Assembly (NCBI GenBank): GCA_951406725.2 | Contig: OX597830.1 | Span: 3,534,001-3,598,000, forward strand | From: Octopus vulgaris | Lineage: Eukaryota | Direction of reading: 5' to 3' | Length of the DNA stretch: 64,000 bases | Shown: piece by piece, positions 25,429 to 38,190 of the stretch | Numbering within the stretch: the stretch's first letter is position 1 | How the letters are laid out: each line of letters opens with the position of its first letter | The notes under the pieces: generated by a model | Database searches by the model: none | What the model saw: only the letters and a program-made list of their open reading frames with translations | What the model was told of the DNA's origin: nothing | Position numbers and translations under genes: made by a program

Positions 25429-26639
25429 AAAAAACACTAATTAATTAATAAAATTCTCATCAATAACATCGCTAACCCAAACTTTACACTGGAATGCACA
25501 AGTCCAGTGAGGCTGCAAATATTGTATTCCAGTCAAATTTCAGTTCTCCACACCATAAAAAATCTCCAGATCCCCAGACAAGGTAGATAGGAAACTTTGT
25601 GGTTGCTGAACCCTCAAGAAATTGCAGCTATTTTCTTCAGACACTCCTCTACCACCTTAAAACTTGCCAAATACAGAGAATAATATAATATTGGATACAA
25701 TATACCAGAAATGAGAGAATGGTGAAAGTGACTGACTGATAAATTCTTGAAATGTTGAAATCCTTCACTTTGTAAATGCAAATTTCATCAAAGAGCTGTA
25801 GATGCTGCAATTCTTTATGAAGCAGACTCAAAAACTTCACACAAATGTATCATTTGAAGTCTATAGAATATTTACACAAACACCTTTATATAAAAATAAT
25901 TAAATATACAAAAATACACAACTTTACAGGGGAAAATGACACCAACAGCAGCAGTGATGCAGACAAGATATACTGTTGTTACATACTGCCTCGGTATTAC
26001 AGGGTCATACAGTATCTATTTCAAAATAAATGCTTCACAAACAAAAACAGACTTTGTACACATGATGCAAAGAAAGAAAAATCTAAAAATTCTGTAATAC
26101 ATTAACGATATTAAAAACATCCTTTTTGAACTAAAATATTTTATAATCACACATGACATTCATGTTGCAAATAATTTCAAAAAAATTCTTACTACCTGAA
26201 CACATTACTCTCAGCATTATAAATTTTATCTAAATCAGACTAGACACATCCCTTCACAATGGAGGCTGTCTGACTACGTTTGTCTGTCTGTCTGTATGTT
26301 TGTCTGTCTATCTATCTATCAAACTGTGTTTATATATATATATATATATATATGTAACTTCAAAAAGTCTAGAGCTTTTGCAATTGATATTTATAAACTA
26401 ATAAGAAATGACATTATACCAGAAAACAGGCTTTCAAAATAAAAAAATAGCAAAACTAGCTGCATAAAGCACAATGTGTGTGTGTATGTGTGTGTATTTG
26501 AACATCAGCAAATAGCATTACATTATTTGCATGCATACCTTTGGCTGGTCAAAGCAGCTCATTTCAGTGGTGAAAGAGTATATATATATATCAACAGATC
26601 AGCTAGATGGATGAATTGATAGACAGACTGATATAGAGT

Positions 26640-27525
26640 TATGTAGGGGGACGAGGTGGTGAAGGTGGTGGAACGAGTTGGTGAAGCACGACCTTCGAAC
26701 ATTAGGCCTCACCGAGGCAATGACTAGTGGCTGAGACCTTTGGAAGTATGCTGTGCATGAGAGTCCATCCCGTGTCCTTTGCCAGGGATGTAGCCAGCCC
26801 ACTTATGCATGCCTTTCCTTCCTTGGACATGCGAAGATCTGTTGAGGCAAGTGAAGTCAAAATTGAATTCGAAATCGAACCTTATCCGACGACTGGCACC
26901 CATGCCAACCTCTCTTCATTGGACACTAAACTCTGCTTGTGAAGACCTGTTGGGGCAAGTGAAATCGGGATCTAAATTGAACCAATCCTACGACTGGAAC
27001 CCGGCAGTTGCCAGTGCTGCTGGACTGACTCCTGTGCAGGTGGCAAGTAAAGAAACACTGTTTCGATCCTGTGCTTGAGGAGACCTATTGAGTCAAGTAC
27101 ATCAACATCAAAAAATCAATGGAAATTGTAGCTGTGATCCCTGTGCCGGTGGCACGTAAAAAGCACCATCTGAACATGGCCAATGTCAGTGCTTCCTCAA
27201 CTGGCTTCCATGCCGGTGGCACATAAAAAAGCACCATCCAAATGTTGCTGATGCCAGCGCTGCCTTGACTGGCTTCTGTGTCACTGGCACGTAAAAAGCA
27301 CCAAATCGATCATGGCCATTGCCAGCCTCACCTGGCACCTGTGCCGGTGGCATGTAAAAAGCACCCACTACACTCATGGAGTGGTTGGCGTTAGGAAGAG
27401 CATCCAGCTGTAGAAACACTGCCAGATAAGACTGGAGCCTGGTGCAGCCTCCTGGCTTCCCAGATCCCAGTCGAACCGTCCAACCCATGCTAGCATGGAG
27501 AACAAACGTTAAACAATGACGATGT
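26640..27525 (+). mobile_element. RTE LINE 3' end with long, internally repetitive 3' UTR
   Basis: VKHDLRTLGLTEAMTS..LWKYAV C-terminus, UTR tandem units, and tail ccaacccatgctagcatggagaacaaacgttaaacaatgacgatg. Confidence 0.75.
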
Positions 27526-28389
27526 AGGTAGATATACTATCATCAACCTCAGCAACCATTCCACAAAGTTGTACACTTCAACTAGAACAGTTAGCCATAA
27601 TTGGATGAGACTTCAAAGCATTCCACACCTTGATCTTTCTAAGTGGAACCAGTAACAATAGCACCACAATTAAACTCCCTTTACATGTTAAACAATCCAA
27701 AATAACACATCCAAATACTTCACCAAGCCATCCAGAAGAACCCTTTTCCAAACTAAATCACCTAGCAACCATTTCCCAACCTATCCAACACACAATGAAG
27801 AATGTAAGAACACTTTCTGAATTCAGGATGCTAATGAGGCACATACAGCAAATAAACTAAAGAGAGATGCATCCTAATCATATATTTTACAAGGCAACAA
27901 AGAAAAGAATAAACACCAATGTTTTTTTTATTTAATATAAAAAAAGCAAAAAAAATTTCTTTAATTACACACCAGAAATAGCCAACATCATAAAAGACAG
28001 GGGCAACCTCAAACACTACACACCACAACACACTCTCAACCAAATCCAAAGGTCTCAACATAAGCATAGCAGACAAAATTACAGTTACAAGAAAGAAGAC
28101 AGAATTCTACTGTTATCTGAAAGGTGGTCATATCTGGATTACCTAGGAAAAAATTAGGTAGGAATTCTTGATTGTGTACCAAATGGTGTAGCAACTGGTG
28201 TTCTGGGAGTACAGGAAATTCAGACAAAAGAATGATTTTGCATAAAGTAGATGTGCAAATGTTTGCAGTAAAGGAATCTGTGAAATAATGTTTTTCAGGC
28301 TCAATAGAAATATTTGATTATTTCTGTAAACAAGGTAACCTAATTCATTGTAGAGGTGGATGTTCCAGATGTATAGCAGCCAAGGTGGG

Positions 28390-28830
28390 AAATATTCAAG
28401 GAGTTATTTCTTCAACTACCAACAAAGGGCTTTGCTCTTTGAAAAAAGGGCAGAGTGTAACATACTTGCATATGAAATGCAATGTTGCATGATAGTGTGA
28501 CATAGACACTGATTGCAGAGGCTGTGCAGAAGCTGAGAAGAAAAGAAATGAGTATTCATTGCTGAACGTGTAATATTAGTGTGTATAAACAGCAGAGCAC
28601 AAAGGAGCTGAGAGAAATCGATGTGTGAAAGGAATAAGATGCGGCATGTTAGGGAGAAGAAGGCAGGGCTGACATGGACATGATGCTCGTGGAAGATGGC
28701 AATGGGATGGAGAAATGCCAAGTGATACAGGTGGAAGGATCCTATGGAAGAGAAAGACTGAGATAGACATGGATAGAGGAAGCATAGAATGAGTTACAAC
28801 TGTTGGACTTCATGAATGAAATGACAACAG
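28390..28830 (+). mobile_element. Degenerate RTE LINE fragment
   Basis: Remnants of KGRV, NAMLH, CNISV, QSTKELRE and KGIRCGM, followed by a (GAT)-rich tract. Confidence 0.65.
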
Positions 28831-31103
28831 CTGCTGCAATAAATGGCAAGAGGTTCTACCAGAGAGAACTTATCCAACTGACAGAAGTATGGGAAAGCAA
28901 GCACAAAAATTATGATGATGGCAATGACGATATCAGTGACGATGAAAGAGATGTTGGCAATGACGATGATGACAGCAATGACAAAAAGGAGGATGATGAG
29001 GATGACGACCAGAACGATGGTGATGATGATGATATAAGGATTTATTTGCTTGTATAGTAAATGAAACTTATTTCTAAGTGATGTCTGTAGGCTTCAGATA
29101 TCGATCCGACTGAGAAATGCACTAAAGTACAGCTGCTTACCTCAGCAGCAGTATAATTTTTTCTCTCACATTCTCTATATTAATGTGATGTGCTTTAGTA
29201 TCCAAATTATTCTCTATTTATTTCTGAGCTTTTAAGATCTTCTAAGTGCTTTAGGTGTTTACCTATATGATGCAGCATTTATGCGTAAGATATAATGAAT
29301 GACTAACACGTCAACTGTTAAAGGCAATTCTTTGAAAGATGATGTGTGTTTATATATTTGATAATGTTTATACACATACACACACACGCATATATATGTA
29401 CGTATGTGTGTATACCTATGTATTTGTGTATTGACTAATCTTAGTGGCTATTTTCTTTTAGTGAATGCAGAAATCAATTGCCATTTCATGTATGTAAGGG
29501 TTTTTTTTAAATATATTTTTTCCCTGTATCTATCGATGCTAGCTATACTTTGCTGGGATTCAACTGGAATACTACTTATAACTTGAGTGATGGGATTTAT
29601 TTTTCAAAGTTTAATCAATATTTTTGATGTGTCAGTCTCTTAAAATTTTAGATTATTTAAGAGCATTTTCCAATCTTAGAACATGAAATTAATAAAAGAA
29701 ATTTAAATATATTTTCAGAGTTTAATAGTAAAATTTTTAACTTACGACAAGATCTAATGGCTGTCTCTGAAAATTAAAGATTGCTTAAATTTGTGATGAG
29801 ATCTTTACTTGTCCATGTTACTTTCATCATAAATACCAAAATGGAAGGTGCTGACAATGAAACGATGTGTTTAAAGCAATAAACTGCAGATATTTCTTTT
29901 GGGATCATCTCATAAACTATTAATATTTTAAGAGATGCATTTTAAAAAGTTGAGGTGTAAATTCTCGACAAATCTGATGCTATCACACAAGACATACTAA
30001 GATTAGTTGGAATAATCAAATTTCAGGTTCTTTGCAAATCCTTAAGAATCTGAGATACTGAAAGTATATAAATATGTGGGTTTTATTTATTTCATGAATA
30101 TTTTTTATAGTTGGTGATTTTCCCCATCAAATATGCATGGAGAGGCAATTAATACTAAAAGTTATGTGAATAGTTTCCAAGATGTCTGCTGAATTTAAAG
30201 AAGTGAAAAAGGTTTGTAATTGATTAATAAATTCTAAAAAATTATCCGAAAATATCCAAGTGTTGAATGCTAAAGTAGCAAGAACCTTTAATACAAGGAA
30301 ATACTGAATTCTAACTCAGCTCTAAAGCTACATATATTATTTATGAAATTGTTGATTTTTATCAACCCCAGAAAAATAAAAGGAAATATCAAACCATGTG
30401 GGATTTGAACTCAGAAATTTAAATGATTATAACTGGATACAACCAGTTATTTTGGCTAATGCTCAGCTGATTCTACCATCCTTCAGTGCTATTTATTTAT
30501 AGATTTATTTATTTATGGAAAGTAGATGCATGGAAAGCATGGAAAGTGGACGCTAAACGATAATGATGATGTCCAACCCATGCTAGCATGGAAAGCGGAC
30601 GCTAAACGATGATGATGATGATGATGATGATTTAACATTTCAATAACGTAACTGGTTCTATGTTTCTAAGAGGCCAATAAGTGACTGGAGTATTTCTAAC
30701 AGAAACTGTGACATATCAACAATTTTTTAGGTTTCTCTCAGCTGTGTCTATCTTTCACACATATTTATCAATATCAGACACACATGCACACTTACATGTA
30801 CACACACACACACAATTTACTTCAAGTGCACAACCTATTACCAGTATATTTGAGCATATTTATGCTAGGTTAAACTCCAGTATTCCAATACTCCAAAACT
30901 GCATACTTAACCAAGTATGATGAGGTATTTATATTTGGAAGTAGGCTGAAACATTGGGACAAAACAAAAAAAAAGCACATGAAAGAATAACAGAACAAAT
31001 TACTGAAACTTCAAAATCTCCATTTGTACACTTGTTTCAATAAAAAATGTTCTCATATAATGATTTCATTAGCAAAAAGCTAACTGAATAATATATATAT
31101 ATA

Positions 31104-31147
<44 letters not shown>

Positions 31148-31149
31148 TG

Positions 31150-31485
31150 TCAAGATCACCAGCCCTCTTCCACATGCACATACAAACTCTCTTATACACA
31201 TGCATGTGCACCTTCGTTTTGGAGTCACCACTACTTTATTATCTCCCCTTCTCCCTAGCTCTCTTGTGTGACCCTTCTGTCCGGCATTCACCATGATAGA
31301 TTGCTAGCCACTACACATTCTTTATTTTCTCTCCTTGTTTCTGTGTTCCTTTCTGTGGAAGAGCGTAGGCTAGAAATGTTAAATACTTTTTCACTTCCCG
31401 AGCATTATACTAATACATCTGTTTGTTGTCTACACCACCTGTCTTCATCTTTTGTTTTTTTGTGAATTCTCCCTATATATATATA
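31150..31485 (+). mobile_element. Penelope-like pLTR fragment between (TA)n tracts with variant hammerhead motif at 31348-31385
   Basis: cctttCTGTGGAagagcgtaggctaGAAAtgttaaa. The downstream cttcccgagcattatactaataca matches cttacctagcgttaaactaataca downstream of the 18706 motif. Confidence 0.55.
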
Positions 31486-32174
31486 CGTTTGGTGGCCCAA
31501 ATGGAAGGAAAAGTGCTTAGTACTTAAAATAACATATATTTACTTATTCATTGGATGTAAAACTAAAAAAAAATGACTTATTATGTAAAACAGTGTAATG
31601 CAGAATATCTGAAACATGTATAATGTTGATAAATGTACAGATATTTATCTTAAATCCTTAGCTGTGAAGATTTAAGCTGATGTGAAGACATGCCACCGTT
31701 CTCTTAACCTACCTGATATTTCTGCTAGTTTAATCAACCATACATCCTTCCTTCCAAATATTGATTTTGTGCCTAAACAAATAAAATCAATTCTAACAAT
31801 AAAAATACATCTGACCTAAGTTGGAAATTATAGATTTCTTTACTATAAATCCTCCTGTAAAATTACAAAAATGGATTTATTTTCTTCTAAGAATAACTAC
31901 TAGGCTCTGTGAATATTTTTGAATTTATTAACAATCCTTTCTAGAGTACATAAAATTTTAAAAAAACTAAGTCTCTTTTAAAAACTATATTCATTAATAC
32001 TGTCATCTTAACCTCCTTCCTTTGGTGGTTTTATTTCAATATCACCATACACACACACACATATATGTATGTATGTGTATATACATGTGTGCATACGTAT
32101 GTATGTATATGTATTTATATATATACATGTATGTATATGTATGTATGTATATATACATATACACACACACATTA

Positions 32175-32218
<44 letters not shown>

Positions 32219-32909
32219 TTAAATTCTTAATCTTATTCTTAATATCACTATTACTATTATGTTGTTATCATTCAATTTTCTTAATATACATTTCCATAAT
32301 TTCTGCTGGTATCTGCAGGATTCTATTATGTAACTATGAGATTAGCTAGTTTGGCCAGGAATTATCCAGTTGTGGTTTTATATCAATGTAATCATAAGAT
32401 TTAGTCCACAGCATAACTAAATACACATAGATATGATAACTCTATATTTATTTATATGCAATTCAGAGAGAGTTTAATTTGTGAAGGGATTTTGCTGCTA
32501 ATATCTGTGATACCATGAATCAATCTGTATCACAGTGTGCATTGAAAATCAGCAAACACAGACAAACACACAAAGACAAGCTGCTACAGTCAATAACCAT
32601 TCTATTCTTTGATTATGACACCACCGTGTTTGTCTGTGATATTTTACAATTATTTTACATTTGTTTTCATGTTACTGTATAATATTTAATAAATCCTCGT
32701 TTGTTTAATCTGTGTGTTTCTTTACCTTTTGTGCTATTTATTCCATTTATCACTTTTAATGTTTCTCTTTGAAGTGTTGTTTACTTTATAGATTACGTAA
32801 AAGAAGCAAAATTCAGAATTAAACTAAGGATTTCAATCATAATACGAAACACACCAAGCACACATCATGTCAAGTACTCTATTCAGCAGAACTTTATAAC
32901 ACATTATTG

Positions 32910-32989
32910 TTGCTGTTGTTGTTGTTTCCTCCCCTCCCCTCCTCCTCCTCCTCCTCCTCTTCTTCTTCTTCTTCTTCTTCTTCTTCTTC

Positions 32990-33025
<36 letters not shown>

Positions 33026-33037
33026 GTTATTATTATT
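32910..33037. repeat. Compound microsatellite (GTT)(CCT)(CTT)(ATT)
   Basis: Directly visible. Confidence 0.95.
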
Positions 33038-34254
33038 TCAAAACTATTTTTCATATACTTTTTCATAAAAATGAGAGGAGAACAGTGCTCTGACCTCTAA
33101 AAGTTAACCCCAGACCAGAGTTGAGTCCTGATTGTTTTCAACAGAATGGAAGACTTTACTAAAAGCAGCCAGTTTTGAGGTTGTACCATTATACAAGGTG
33201 ACAGAATTTTGTCACCCACAACACGTATCTATTGCAGAATTCTGGATATCTCTATATCAATCATATACTATGATTGTTAAATCTTTCATCTTTGCTTTCA
33301 TTCTGCCTAGAGGTGAACAGAGATGTGCGGTTATGAGGACCCTTTAGACCTGTTGAGAAAATGGTTGCCTTTCTAGTGCTGGTGCCATGATTAAAGTACC
33401 CAGTACACTTTATAAATTGGTTGCAAGAACAAACCACGAGCACGATGTAGCTCTTCTATCCATCTTGATGTCCAGTATGCTTAAACGCATACTAACTTCC
33501 ACTTGTGATGCCCATTCAACCCATGCCAGCATGGAAAGTAGACGTAAATGATGACAGCTGGTGAAGATGATGTAAAGTATGAGCCAATAAGAGAGTCTTG
33601 CATTTACACATTCACTTGATTTACAAAAAATAATAGTCAAATATCCTTCAGGTCCTATTCTACCTCCTTAAAGAAAGTAAGAAAGAGAGATAAGCATTGC
33701 ATAGTGTAGTCCTAGATATACTATACCTGAAGAAAACACAATAGCAACAGATAGAAAACCTGTGGTTATAGGTCTGCTGGATCAGAACTCGCCTAGGGTT
33801 AAACAACATGAACAACTAAGATAATTTATTGGTCATGAAAAATAATTATTGAATTTATAATGAAAGTTGTCAACAGTATTTTTTATTAAAATGTAAACAT
33901 TTTATTTCATTTACCCTGGAACTATTTTCTGAAAACAGAATTTGAGAAACAGAAAAACTTTTTAACCTTGTCTGTAAATGTTAAAATTTGCCAGACATGA
34001 ATGAGAAAACAGCAGAGTTCATAGAATTTATTCTATTGGCATGTTCTTTTACTTTCTGCAGTCATTTGGACTGTGGTCATACTGGAGCACATCTTTAATT
34101 TATTTTTTCCTTTTAGCTATCACATCAGTCCTGGTAATTATTTCAGCCCAGTAATTCATTTATCAGTTTCTATCTTTCCAATGACTAAGTTACTTTTTTT
34201 TGACAGATTATACACTAGTTTGTATCAGTAGTCAGAAACATACACAATCACAAA

Positions 34255-34787
34255 TTATTATTATTATTCAGTAGTTTTATTTTTATTTTTATAGCGTGCT
34301 TTCACTTCACTACCGAGCGCAGCTCTGTGTGCCTTGGGTATGTGCTGTGATTTGTTGTGATGCTCTGATGGTTATTGTATGGAAAGTGTTCTGCGTAGGA
34401 TGTGGGCAGTGCCTAGTAGTGCAATTTTCTGTATGTTATATGTGTTTGTAAGTCCTGGTGTTTTTGTTATGTATTTGTCTGAATATTTTTTTATCATGCC
34501 TAATGCACCTACTATGATAGGAATTGTTTCTGTTTTCAGATTCCACATTCTAGTTACCTCTATTTCCAGGTCTTTGTATTTTGAGAGTTTCTCCATTTCT
34601 TTTAGAGACACGTTGTCATCTGCCGGTATTGATACATCAATTAAAAAGCATTTTTTTTCTTCATGATCTCTGACAACTATATCTGGTCTGTTGGCCTTAA
34701 TTTCTCTATCTGTGTGTATCGGCATATCCCAGAGTATGGTTGCTTTCTCGTTTTCTGTGACCTTTTCTGGTGTGTGCCTATACCATC

Positions 34788-34790
<3 letters not shown>
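34255..34790 (-). mobile_element. Young 5'-truncated Dong/R4-type LINE (RLE domain plus 3' UTR) inserted in (TAA)n
   Basis: Uninterrupted frame WYRHTPEKV..ILWDMPIHTDREIKANRPDIVV..LIDVSIP..EKLSKYKDL..PIIVGALG..LLGTAHILRRTL*. (TAA)n lies on both sides. Confidence 0.92.
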
Positions 34791-34841
<51 letters not shown>

Positions 34842-34899
34842 CATTATAATTATTATCATGATTATTATTATTATTAGTTTTTTCTTCATTCAATATCAT

Positions 34900-35260
34900 T
34901 TCTATTTCTTGCTGAGTGCCTTCCCAACAGCTAGGGCAAAGCAATTCTCTGTATACATTGATAGGTCATTAAAATAAACACATCAGAGTGTTCATAAAAA
35001 AAGGAAATATTTACATGGGTTGTAATCGTTCTCACAATGACAATGCTCTTCTCAGCCCACTCCACATACCACTTAAGACAATATTTCGCACTTCCTGCAT
35101 GGATGGTAAAATATGAATCCTTCTCAAATAACCTTCTGTTCCATTTTTGATTATTCCAAGTGTTCCTACAATCACTGGTATTGCAACTGCCATGTGATGA
35201 CACATTTTTACAATTTCAATGAACAATGAACAATTTTCTGAGCTTGTCAAATTCTTCATC
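34900..35260 (-). mobile_element. Older Dong/R4-type 3' fragment
   Basis: IPVIVGTLGIIK..SMQEVRNIVLSG..LRRALSL*, with (ATT/ATC)n adjacent. Confidence 0.7.
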
Positions 35261-35296
35261 ATTAATTTATTGTTTATTTATTTAATTATTATTATT

Positions 35297-35358
<62 letters not shown>

Positions 35359-35399
35359 TAGCAGATACACCAGGCAGTAAAAAAAACAAAAAAAAAACA

Positions 35400-36003
35400 T
35401 GCCATCTTAATCCCAGACAATAAGTGTAAGCCTGTCAAAAGTGGTTCCAGAATTTCCGAGCTGGAACTACAGCCTAGAAGATGAGCCTCGACCTAGAATA
35501 TCTGTAAAGCTTGTCGAGGGTGTCCTGCAAACCCTGGTGGAACAAATTTCCATCATAACTATTGCAGGACTAGCAGAGAAACTTGGACTTGGTCATTGAC
35601 ACCTGCAAGCCATCAGAAAACAACCATCTTTGGTTTCAAGACAAAAGTTGTTCTTCCATCAGGATAATGCTCAGCCACATTCAGCGAGGATGACATTCCA
35701 AAGGATGGAGCAGTTTGAATGGGAAACGATGCCCCACCCACCATTTATTCTCCAGTCTTCAAAATGATTTGGATGGAAAAAATATAAATTCTGTAGATGA
35801 AGTCAGAACAGTACTGAAGGAGTATTTCTCACCATGGACAAGTGAATTTTTGAAGAGGGGCCTTGCAAGTCTACCAGATAGATGGGAGAGCATTGTAGAA
35901 AATGAAGGGGAGTATGTTTTAAATCAAAAAAGAACTTTGTTTATCTTAATTTTGAAAAATAAAAGAAGTATAAAAAAGATACATTATTTATGGGATCACC
36001 CAA
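35400..36003 (+). mobile_element. Internally deleted mariner relic
   Basis: WFQNFRAGNYSLEDEPR, FHQDNAQPH and LFSSLQNDLDGK..LPDRWESIVENEGEY. The right TIR-like cattatttatgggatcacccaa is followed by TA. Confidence 0.85.
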
Positions 36004-36109
36004 TATATATATATATATATAATAATAATAAATATTAGGGAATAAATCCAAACTTACAGGTAAAAATCAGATTTAGGATTGAATTCAATTTTATAGTAAA
36101 ATATTATAT

Positions 36110-36336
36110 TATATTAAATTAGAGACAGAACCACTATTAGGCAAATCAAACAATGAAAGACTTAAGCCAATACATATATTAATTTATATTATTTAAATAT
36201 GTAACAATTATTAAAAAATATAATTAATTAATTATATTTTTTAATAATTGTTACATATTTAAATAATATAAATTAATATATGTATTGGCTTAAGTCTTTC
36301 ATTGTTTGATTTGCCTAATAGTGGTTTTGTCTCTAA

Positions 36337-36345
<9 letters not shown>
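36110..36345. repeat. Near-perfect spacer-less AT-rich palindrome (118-bp arms)
   Basis: Centre at 36227/36228. I see one mismatch (36128 G vs 36327 T). (TA)n follows immediately on the right. Confidence 0.92.
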
Positions 36346-36372
<27 letters not shown>

Positions 36373-36639
36373 TTACATACATACCCTCACATAGACACTT
36401 ACACACCCAACCTCCTCACCTAATCCTTCTGTCATCCTCTCTGTTCAGTTGACAGTGTGTACATTAATTTCTGTTAACCATTCCTTGCTTGTTTTGCAAT
36501 TTGTTTATGCGTATTTTGCATAAACATTGAAGTTACATAAATACCTATATTTATAGCTGACTTAATAGCTATATTTGTTGCTAATGTACTCAAGATATGT
36601 GATTAACTTATTGAATCTTACAAATACCCAAAATACATA

Positions 36640-37190
36640 ACAATATAAAATATGTTTTTTGCAGTTGTCGCTATATTCTCTTCGTTATGGGTCCTAGTGT
36701 TTCAACCACAAATGGGTTTTTTTTTTAGTCTTCGTATTCCACATCATGTTGACTTTAATCTCCAGATCCTTCTAACTAGTCAGTTTCTCTGTGACTTTTA
36801 AGGAGGTGTTTCTTTTAGCACTGTTAAGTAAATGCCTCCTGTCCTTCTTGTCCTTGATAATAATGTCGGGCTTGTTAGTTTTTATCCTTCTGTCTGTGTA
36901 GATGGGCACATCATTGAGGATAATGCCATTATTGTTGTCAGTGTCCATTGACATCATTGTTATTGCCATTCTTACTAGTTTTGGTGTTCTTCTGGGTTAT
37001 CTGTGTCAGTTCTCAACTCCAATCTGCCTCTTACAGACATAACATTTTCCTCAACCCATGCACAGTTCCTATTGAGGCTGCCATTTATCTACTTCCAATA
37101 CTGTCTGCTAGTTCCAAGTTCTCAAGCCAGGTGTTTGTGTACGTTGAGATGGTTGCAAGTGCACCAATCATAGTAGATTTCAAACTAACT
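36640..37190 (-). mobile_element. Two degenerate Dong/R4-type RLE fragments
   Basis: IILNDVPIYTDRRIKTNKPDIIIKDK (36772-36969) and MIGALATIS..IGTVHGLRKML (~37020-37175). Confidence 0.7.
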
Positions 37191-37259
37191 CTTGAGACTT
37201 TATGAATACAATCTACTTTAAATGTTGGGCCTTCATACCATTTTCACATTATTATTAAT

Positions 37260-37445
37260 AATATATGACAGCAAGCTGACAGAATCAGTAGCATGCCATG
37301 ACATTTTATATGTCTTTACATTTTGAATTCAAATATTGTCAAGGTTCACTTTGCCTCTCATCCTTTCGGGGTTGATAAAATGAGTAACTGCCCCCAAAAT
37401 TCCATACCTTGTTACTGTAGCAGAAAGGATAATTATTATTATTAC

Positions 37446-37496
<51 letters not shown>

Positions 37497-37720
37497 CATT
37501 ATTATTATTATTATTATTAACACAGCATCAGACAAAATGTTTTGTGACATTTCTTCAAGTTCTTTACATGCTAAGTTCAAACCCTACCAAGATCAACGTT
37601 GCCTTTCGTCTTTTCGGAGTCAATAAAATAAAATATCAATCAAGTTCTGGGGTCAGCGTTATCAGCTTGTCCCCTCCCCTCAAAGTTACTCGTTGTATAC
37701 TAAAATTTTGAAAAGAAAGA
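37260..37720 (+). mobile_element. Two Meta-type SINE copies separated by (ATT)n
   Basis: Cores ctttgcctctcatcctttcggggttgataaa and gttgcctttcgtcttttcggagtcaataaa. Confidence 0.7.
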
Positions 37721-37944
37721 ATAATTATTGCTTACTTATTATGGAATGGAGCAGATGATGGAATTCTTGACTAGATTCCTAATGATGTTGCGTTTAATGT
37801 AATTGTTTTCTGTTTGTTTTTTTATCTTTAGTTTTTCCAAGATTGATGAAGTAATTACCACTAATGTGCGATTATTGATTCAAACATTCTCTTTTACTTG
37901 CACATGAAACATCTTTGTCTCTAACAATTTTGTAATAGTAATAA

Positions 37945-38068
37945 ACTAATATTATTATTTTCATATTATTATTGTTATTATTATCATCATTATTGTTGTT
38001 GTTATTATTAATTATTATTACTATTATTTTGATTTATATTATTTTTATTTTTATTTTTTTATCATTTC

Positions 38069-38162
<94 letters not shown>

Positions 38163-38190
38163 GTTTTTGTAGTTATTATTTATTACTTCA
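37945..38190. repeat. (ATT)n microsatellite
   Basis: Directly visible. Confidence 0.95.

Noticed and set aside
27141-27370. CRISPR-like repeat-spacer array
   Set aside because: The context is a eukaryotic LINE UTR, the spacers are mutually related, and no cas genes are present.
28803-29057. Acidic Asp-rich ORF
   Set aside because: Degenerate (GAT/GAC)n tract following an RTE fragment.
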